Shown piece by piece: positions 17,568-23,771 of a stretch of DNA of 64,000 nt. Both the position numbers and the translations under genes were made by a program. Positions within the stretch are counted from its first letter, which is position 1. Each line of letters starts with the position of its first letter. The DNA comes from Bacteroidales bacterium (lineage in GTDB: Bacteria; Bacteroidota; Bacteroidia; Bacteroidales; UBA10428). The stretch spans positions 1,586 through 65,585 of the forward strand of contig JAWOJJ010000011.1 in the NCBI GenBank assembly GCA_046481675.1, in the 5' to 3' direction. The notes under the pieces were generated by a model. The model searched no databases. It saw only the letters and a list, made by a program, of their open reading frames with translations, and was not told where the DNA came from.

Positions 17568-18306
17568 TGTTAATCATACTCGCCAGAAATCCCGCGCCAA
17601 ATCCGTTGTCGATATTCACCACACTGGTTCCGCTGGCACAACTGGTAAGCATGCCCAGCAGCGCGGAGAGTCCTCCGAAATTGGCACCATAGCCCACGCT
17701 GGTGGGGACTGCAATTACCGGTTTATCTACCATGCCGCCAATTACGCTTGGCAGAGCTCCTTCCATGCCCGCAACCACTATGTTAACCCTGGCCTGCCGG
17801 ATCAGATCGATCTTGTTATACAGTCGGTGTATGCCGGCAACGCCAACATCAACAATGCGTTCAACCCGGTTTCCGAAAATCTCGGCAGTAACTGCTGCTT
17901 CTTCAGCCACCGGAAGATCAGATGTGCCGGCAGTAATCACTGCAATGAAAGTGGGTGGAGGGGGAATCTGTTTCCTGCGGACGGAAATGGTTCGGGCAGT
18001 TTCATTGTACAGGGCATCGGGACAAAACTCCCTGACCTTTTCATACATTTCGCATGTAACCCGGGTAGCCAGTATGTTGTTGTCCTGTGTGAGCATGTAG
18101 CGGATGATCCCTGCCACCTGATCGGGCGTTTTACCCTGCCCAAAGATTACCTCGGGATAGCCTGTACGCATTTCTCTGTTGTTATCAATGGTAGCATAGC
18201 CCAGTTCCTTGGATGTCAGGTCGTGAAGCTGTTCAAGCGCTTTGGAAACGTCAAGTTTTCCATCTCTCACTTCAGCAAGGAGTTTACTTAAAGATTCGTT
18301 GTTCAT
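17560..18306 (-). CDS. larB: Nickel-pincer cofactor biosynthesis protein LarB (pyridinium-3,5-biscarboxylic acid mononucleotide synthase; PurE-like)
   Basis: 248 aa. The N-terminal helical region (LEQLHDL...GYATIDNNREMRTGYPEVIFGQGK) is followed by a PurE/AIR-carboxylase fold (IAVITAGTSDLPVAEEA...VAGMEGALPSVIGG). Confidence 0.85.
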   Translation of the reverse strand: MNNESLSKLLAEVRDGKLDVSKALEQLHDLTSKELGYATIDNNREMRTGYPEVIFGQGKTPDQVAGIIRYMLTQDNNILATRVTCEMYEKVREFCPDALYNETARTISVRRKQIPPPPTFIAVITAGTSDLPVAEEAAVTAEIFGNRVERIVDVGVAGIHRLYNKIDLIRQARVNIVVAGMEGALPSVIGGMVDKPVIAVPTSVGYGANFGGLSALLGMLTSCASGTSVVNIDNGFGAGFLASMINRL

Positions 18307-19115
18307 GTTGGGGCTTGTTTTTTGTTTGTGTCAAAGCTGCCGCTTCGAAATCCCTCCATATCAATGGTGATGAATTCATATCCGAGTTCATGAAACCGCG
18401 AAACCACCCGGGCAGCTGTTTCAGGTTGCAGCAGTTCAGTCAGCCGTTCTTTTTCAATTTCAATACGGGCTATGTTGTTGTGGTTACGTACCCGGGAGGC
18501 AGCAAAACCAATAGAGGCAAGAAAACGCTCGGCTTTTTCAATTCTCCGGAGTTCCTCATTTTTAACAGTGTACTCGTATGGCAGCCGTGTCAGCAGGCAG
18601 GCATATGAAGGTTTATCGGCAGTAGGAAGCCCCAGCTCAGAAGAAAAATGACGCACCTCGGCTTTGGTAATTCCATTTTCCAACAAGGGGCTGCTGATGC
18701 CCAGTTCTTTCAGGGCTGCCAGCCCCGGCCGGTATATGCCATTGTCGTCATAATTGGTGCCATCGAGCAGGCTGGTATAGCCATCTTTTTGTGCTTCCTC
18801 TTTAAGAACGGCAAAAATGTGTTTCTTGCACAAATAGCATCTGTTTTCAGGGTTGTTGGCTATAGCAGGGAGCATTTCGGCCTGAATAATGCGCTGATTG
18901 ATGCTTCTCTCGCGGCAAAAGGCAATGGCTTCTTCTACTTCCCAATCAGGTATGTAGGGTGTTTTTACAGTAAAAGCGATTACTTTTTTGCCCAGGACCT
19001 TATCAGCAGTAGCTAACAGAAAGGTGCTGTCAACACCGCCTGAAAAGGCAATGGCTGCGCTTTCGAGCCGGCCCAGCCACTGAAGCAGCATGTCGTATTT
19101 TTCAGGATTGATCAT
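18303..19115 (-). CDS. larE: LarE, ATP-dependent sulfur transferase of NPN cofactor biosynthesis (PP-loop ATP pyrophosphatase)
   Basis: PP-loop AIAFSGGVDSTFL. Active-site Cys in PSYACLLTRLPY, plus an additional CxxC (NRCYLCKKH). 4-nt overlap with larB. Confidence 0.85.
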   Translation of the reverse strand: MINPEKYDMLLQWLGRLESAAIAFSGGVDSTFLLATADKVLGKKVIAFTVKTPYIPDWEVEEAIAFCRERSINQRIIQAEMLPAIANNPENRCYLCKKHIFAVLKEEAQKDGYTSLLDGTNYDDNGIYRPGLAALKELGISSPLLENGITKAEVRHFSSELGLPTADKPSYACLLTRLPYEYTVKNEELRRIEKAERFLASIGFAASRVRNHNNIARIEIEKERLTELLQPETAARVVSRFHELGYEFITIDMEGFRSGSFDTNKKQAPT

Positions 19116-20349
19116 GGGTGTCCTGTCTTTTTGAAAGCGCCTTTTCCACTTCGTGGTATACCTTGCTGATAGGTATTTGGTTTTGTCGTGCTATTTTGAT
19201 GCAATCGTCGTATTCGGGTTTCGATTTGATGCATACTCCCTGATAAAAAGCAAATTTCACCCTGACTTCTCCGAAACGGGTACTTATCTGTTCGATTTTC
19301 CGGTCGAGCATGGTTTTGTTAATAACATACCTTCGCACCCCAATGGTAGAGGTTTCCCTGAAAAGCACTTCATTAATACGGGTTTCATCCTCAGGTGTGC
19401 AGAGAATGGAAAGCTTCACAGCCGGCCTGGACTTCTTCATTATTATTGGTGTTATGAAAACATCTTTGGCGCCTGCTGAAAAAAGTGAATCAATGATGTA
19501 GTCATACAACTCCGGGTTCATATCATCGATATTACATTCAATAATAAAGGATGGGATTGTTGTTGTTTCATTTTCCCCGGAAGTCTCACAAATGTGAACG
19601 CGCAACACGTTGGGTAGAACTCCATCTTTGAACCCGATTCCATAACCTGTTTTCAGAATCCTGAAACTGGTTTTATCGGTAAATTCATTTACCAGTGCAG
19701 CCAGAATTGCAGCGCCGGTAGGTGTGGTGGCTTCATAATCCACAGTGCCTTTACGTACAGGCATGTTCTTTACCATTTCCGTGGTAGCTGGTGCAGGAAC
19801 AGGATACAAACCGTGGGCACATTGTACCATGCCTCCTCCCAGTTCAACCGTGGAACACTGAATTTTATCAGGAGCCAGATAATCCAGGCAAATGGCAGCA
19901 CCTACTATGTCAACAATGGAATCAACGGCGCCCACTTCGTGAAAATGAACATCGTCAACCGGTTTACCGTGTACTTTAGCTTCAGCTTCGGCAACTTTTC
20001 CAAAGATGGCCATACTCATATCTTTCACACTGCTACTGAGTTCCGAAGTCTCAATCATCCTGCGAATATCCTTGTAAGAATTGTGGTGATGGTGGTGCGT
20101 GTGGTCACTTCCGTGATGATGATGACCATGTTGATGCTGTGTCTGGTGTTCGCTGTCAATAACCACTTCCAGCCGTGTACCCGAAATGCCTTTCCGCATA
20201 TCTCTGACGGTTTTTATTTCGTAGCCATGCACGGGAAGCTTCCCCAGTTCCTTTTTCAGATAATCCAAATCAACACCCAGGTCGATTAGTGCACCCAGGT
20301 TCATGTCACCGGAAATACCGGCAAAACAGTCGTAATAAAGAATCTTCAT
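19102..20349 (-). CDS. larC: LarC, nickel insertion protein (pyridinium-3,5-bisthiocarboxylic acid mononucleotide nickel chelatase; DUF111)
   Basis: MKILYYDCFAGISGDMNLGALIDLGV is the canonical LarC N-terminus. A His-rich Ni-binding tract, HQTQHQHGHHHHGSDHTHHHHH, is encoded at 20083-20148. This is the full-length fused form. 14-nt overlap with larE. Confidence 0.9.
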   Translation of the reverse strand: MKILYYDCFAGISGDMNLGALIDLGVDLDYLKKELGKLPVHGYEIKTVRDMRKGISGTRLEVVIDSEHQTQHQHGHHHHGSDHTHHHHHNSYKDIRRMIETSELSSSVKDMSMAIFGKVAEAEAKVHGKPVDDVHFHEVGAVDSIVDIVGAAICLDYLAPDKIQCSTVELGGGMVQCAHGLYPVPAPATTEMVKNMPVRKGTVDYEATTPTGAAILAALVNEFTDKTSFRILKTGYGIGFKDGVLPNVLRVHICETSGENETTTIPSFIIECNIDDMNPELYDYIIDSLFSAGAKDVFITPIIMKKSRPAVKLSILCTPEDETRINEVLFRETSTIGVRRYVINKTMLDRKIEQISTRFGEVRVKFAFYQGVCIKSKPEYDDCIKIARQNQIPISKVYHEVEKALSKRQDTHDQS

Positions 20350-20663
20350 GCAGATCGGTTAAATAGCTGGTGAAATTATTAATATTTTTATTTTAAAGCG
20401 GATATTCTCTCACCTTCATTCGTTAAGAAGCTGTTAATCATCCGTAAATGCTGCGTTTTAATAAGTTAAATTCATGTTAATTCCGGTTAAATGCAGCAGG
20501 CAGATTTTTAGACGTCGCTGTAAGTCGCACAAAAACAGTCGGATATAACTATTTAGATTGAATTCAAATACTCGTATGGACACTGCAAATATGTGACAAA
20601 TTAGATATTTTTGGCATGGATTTTTCAGTTAAAGGGTCCTATTAAGAAATAATCATTAATTGT

Positions 20664-21593
20664 ATGAAACGAAGAGATTTTATCAGAAGATCAGTAGGGT
20701 TTGGGGTTATTTCAGGAGCTGCGCTTTCCATGGGCCGGTTCAGTGACCTTACGGCTGCCGAAACCGGAGCCTTGCAACTACCCTATGATATGGTTGCCAT
20801 TAAGGGTGGCGAAGCTGCTGAAATGTTTGATAAGGGAATTGCTTCTCTGGGTGGCATGAAGCAATTTGTGAAGCCAAATCAGACCGTGGTAATTAAACCC
20901 AATATCGGATGGGATTCGGCTCCTGAACGGGCTGCGAATACGAATCCCGATCTTGTTGCCCGTATTGTTGAACATTGCAAAAGAGCCGGGGCTAAGTCGG
21001 TTTATGTATTCGACAATACCTGTGCCGAAGCAACAAGATGCTATAAAATGAGCGGCATTGAGGATGCTGTAAAGAAAGCTGGCGGTACTATGGTTTCCGG
21101 CAAAAGTGCCACTTATTACCAGGATGTGACGCTGCCGAAAAGCAAAAGGCTAAAGAATGCCCGGGTGCACGAACTGATACTTGAATCCGATGTTTTCATT
21201 AACGTGCCGGTATTAAAGAACCATGGCGGATCTACCCTTTCCGTGGCCATGAAGAATTTGATGGGTGTTGTTTGGGATCGTGAATACTGGCACAGCAACG
21301 ACCTGCATCAGTGTATTGCCGATTTTGCAGCAAACCGCAAACCCGACCTGAATGTGGTTGATGCATACCGGGTGATGAAGCGTAACGGACCTCGCGGTGT
21401 TTCGGTTGCTGATGTTGCCACCCTGAAATACCAGATGATCGGCAAGGATATGGTTGCCATTGACACTGCAGCTGCCAAAGTGTTTGGCATTGATCCGAAA
21501 CAGGTAAAACATATCGGCCTGGCAGAAATGCTGGGTGCCGGCAGCACCAATATTGACGCCATGAAGATTAACAGGATAACCATGGGGGCATGA
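20664..21593 (+). CDS. Twin-arginine (Tat) signal DUF362 domain protein
   Basis: N-terminus MKRRDFIRRSVGFGVISGAALSMG matches the Tat consensus (RRxF + h-region). The body, VVIKPNIGW...NPDLVARIVEHC...INVPVLKNHGGSTLSVAMKNLMG, is the DUF362 pattern as I recognise it. Confidence 0.75.
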   Translation: MKRRDFIRRSVGFGVISGAALSMGRFSDLTAAETGALQLPYDMVAIKGGEAAEMFDKGIASLGGMKQFVKPNQTVVIKPNIGWDSAPERAANTNPDLVARIVEHCKRAGAKSVYVFDNTCAEATRCYKMSGIEDAVKKAGGTMVSGKSATYYQDVTLPKSKRLKNARVHELILESDVFINVPVLKNHGGSTLSVAMKNLMGVVWDREYWHSNDLHQCIADFAANRKPDLNVVDAYRVMKRNGPRGVSVADVATLKYQMIGKDMVAIDTAAAKVFGIDPKQVKHIGLAEMLGAGSTNIDAMKINRITMGA

Positions 21594-23152
21594 AACAAAA
21601 GCATCTCAAGCTAATCCGGGTTGTTTTAGCTGTCATTTTTCTGGTTGCTGTTGCGGCTCTGTTCGTTGACTTCAGGGAGCTGATACCCACGGTTTGGGCC
21701 GACCGCATCTTATTCATGCAGTTTGTGCCTTCGGTTGTTAAATTCATTACCATTCCTGCAGTGGTAACCGCCGGTTTTATCTTTGTCCTTATCCTCACCG
21801 CGCTGTTCGGACGTGTATATTGTTCCGTAATTTGCCCGCTGGGTATTTTTCAGGATGTGCTGGCCTGGTTTTCAAAAAAGTTTGGAATCGTCAAACGCTA
21901 TAAATTCAAAAAAGCGCTGAATTACCTACGCTATCCGTTTCTTGCAATTACTGTAATCTTTTTATTGTTTGGAAGCATGTTGATTCTGAACCTGCTTGAT
22001 CCTTACAGCAGTTTTGGAAGGATTTTTTCGGACATCATGCGACCCGGTGTTTTGGTTATCAATAACCTGCTGGCCGTTCTTTTTGAAAAATTTGAACTGT
22101 ATTTTCTTTACAGGTTCAACCTTCAGCTCATCACATGGCATGCGGTTCTTATTCCTGTGATTACGTTGATTCTTGTAAGCTGGCTGGCGGTGAAATACGG
22201 AAGGTTGTATTGCAATACCATTTGTCCTGTTGGAACACTGCTTGGGTTCGTTTCCAGGTTTTCTTTTTTCAGGATCAGCATGGATGCTTCAACATGTACC
22301 AAATGCGGAAAGTGTTCATTTGCCTGTAAATCGCAGTGCATTCATGTGAAAACACTTGAAGTTGATAATTCCCGCTGTGTGGCTTGTTACAACTGCATAT
22401 CCGTTTGCCCGGAAAGCAGCATTAAATATGTGCCGGTACTTTCAACCACCAAAAAGAATACAATCAAAACGGATGGTCCCAGGCGGAATTTCATCGCTAA
22501 AACTGTTGCTTACGGAGTGGGGCTAACAGGAATCTCTGCCACCATGCTGGCTCAGGAAGAAGATGACCGGCCGGCAGGAGAAATACCAAACAAAAAGAAT
22601 CATCCGGTTTCACCTCCCGGCTCGGTAAGTCTGAAGCATTTTACCGACCGGTGCACTGCATGTCATCTTTGCGTTTCGATCTGTCCTACCAGTGTTCTGC
22701 AACCTTCATTTTTGGAATACGGCTTTATGGGCATGTCACAGCCTCATATGGATTATGGTGTGGAATACTGCAATTTCGAATGTACCAAATGCGGCGAGGT
22801 TTGTCCTACCGGTGCCATATTACCCCTGACCGTTGAGGAGAAGAAACTGGAGCAAACAGGGCTGGTAAAACTCATCATTGAGAAATGTATTGTTTATACT
22901 GACAATACTGCATGCGGATCCTGTTCGGAACATTGTCCCACCCAGGCAGTCAGAATGGTGCCCTATAAAGAAGGATTAACCATCCCCGAAATCAATACGG
23001 AAATCTGTATCGGATGCGGAGCATGCGAATTTGCTTGTCCGGTTAAACCGCATACCGCCATATATATAGATGGAAATGCGGTACACCAGGTTGCTAAAGC
23101 GCCCCACATTGAGGAACTGAATCATGAATTTTCGGACGAATTTGCTTTCTGA
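21590..23152 (+). CDS. Membrane-bound polyferredoxin: a NapH-like module fused to a NapG-like 4x[4Fe-4S] module
   Basis: The N-terminal half has TM segments with two CxxxCP motifs (YCSVICPLG, YCNTICPVG) and two cluster motifs (CTKCGKCSFAC, CVACYNCISVCP). An internal RRNFIAKTVAYGVGLTGISATMLA segment follows. Four further motifs come after it (CTACHLCVSICP, CNFECTKCGEVCP, C-x9-CGSCSEHCP, CIGCGACEFACP). 4-nt ATGA overlap with the DUF362 gene. Confidence 0.8.
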   Translation: MKQKHLKLIRVVLAVIFLVAVAALFVDFRELIPTVWADRILFMQFVPSVVKFITIPAVVTAGFIFVLILTALFGRVYCSVICPLGIFQDVLAWFSKKFGIVKRYKFKKALNYLRYPFLAITVIFLLFGSMLILNLLDPYSSFGRIFSDIMRPGVLVINNLLAVLFEKFELYFLYRFNLQLITWHAVLIPVITLILVSWLAVKYGRLYCNTICPVGTLLGFVSRFSFFRISMDASTCTKCGKCSFACKSQCIHVKTLEVDNSRCVACYNCISVCPESSIKYVPVLSTTKKNTIKTDGPRRNFIAKTVAYGVGLTGISATMLAQEEDDRPAGEIPNKKNHPVSPPGSVSLKHFTDRCTACHLCVSICPTSVLQPSFLEYGFMGMSQPHMDYGVEYCNFECTKCGEVCPTGAILPLTVEEKKLEQTGLVKLIIEKCIVYTDNTACGSCSEHCPTQAVRMVPYKEGLTIPEINTEICIGCGACEFACPVKPHTAIYIDGNAVHQVAKAPHIEELNHEFSDEFAF

Positions 23153-23311
23153 CAGGAAGATTCGCACACATCAGCGAACGGATTTAAACCGCATCTGATT
23201 TTGTTCATAATTGTTTAAATAAAAATCCGCCGTCAGTCCTCTTTTTTGTAAAATAATTTTTGTAATATTGCGACCTGAATTTTGAAAGACGAACGATAAA
23301 AAAAGTGCATC

Positions 23312-23698
23312 ATGGATTTAATAAAAGTTGCTGAGAATCAGTTCACCGCGAAAAAAGAATATCCCGACTTCAAAGCCGGGGATACCATAACGGTTCATTA
23401 TAAGATTGTGGAAGGTAACAAGGAAAGAATTCAGCAGTATCGTGGTGTTGTGCTGCAACGTCGTGGTGTAGGAGCATCAGCCACCTTTACTGTTCGCAAA
23501 ATGTCTGGAAACATTGGCGTAGAAAGAATTTTTCCAATGGTTTCTCCCTTTATCGATAAAATTGAAATGAATAAGCATGGCCGTGTTCGCCGGGCTAAGA
23601 TATATTACCTGAGAGGGTTGACCGGTAAAAAGGCCAGGATTCAGGAAAAGAGAATGAAGCTGGTAGCAGCAGAAGAAACTTCCGTTAAACCGGAATAA
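23312..23698 (+). CDS. rplS: 50S ribosomal protein L19 (bL19)
   Basis: [34 protein letters not shown]...[18 protein letters not shown]. Confidence 0.95.
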   Translation: MDLIKVAENQFTAKKEYPDFKAGDTITVHYKIVEGNKERIQQYRGVVLQRRGVGASATFTVRKMSGNIGVERIFPMVSPFIDKIEMNKHGRVRRAKIYYLRGLTGKKARIQEKRMKLVAAEETSVKPE

Positions 23699-23727
23699 AA
23701 AAAGCGGGTTTTCCCGCTTTTTTTTAT
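23699..23727 (+). terminator. Rho-independent terminator of rplS
   Basis: Stem aaagcggg (23701-23708) / cccgcttt (23713-23720), loop tttt, followed by a T-run. It starts 3 nt after the TAA stop. Confidence 0.8.
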
Positions 23728-23771
23728 TGTTCATTGCCTGCCTGCCGCCTGCCGGTAGTCAGGTTCATTGA

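Noticed and set aside
20350-20663. A Ni/Co-type riboswitch or another structured leader in the larC / DUF362 divergent spacer, and a TAnnTTTG -7 box (TATTTTTG at 20606-20613)
   Set aside because: I could find no convincing conserved helices by eye. The -7-like octamer lacks a properly spaced upstream TTTG. This is not enough to call a feature without Rfam or transcription-start data.
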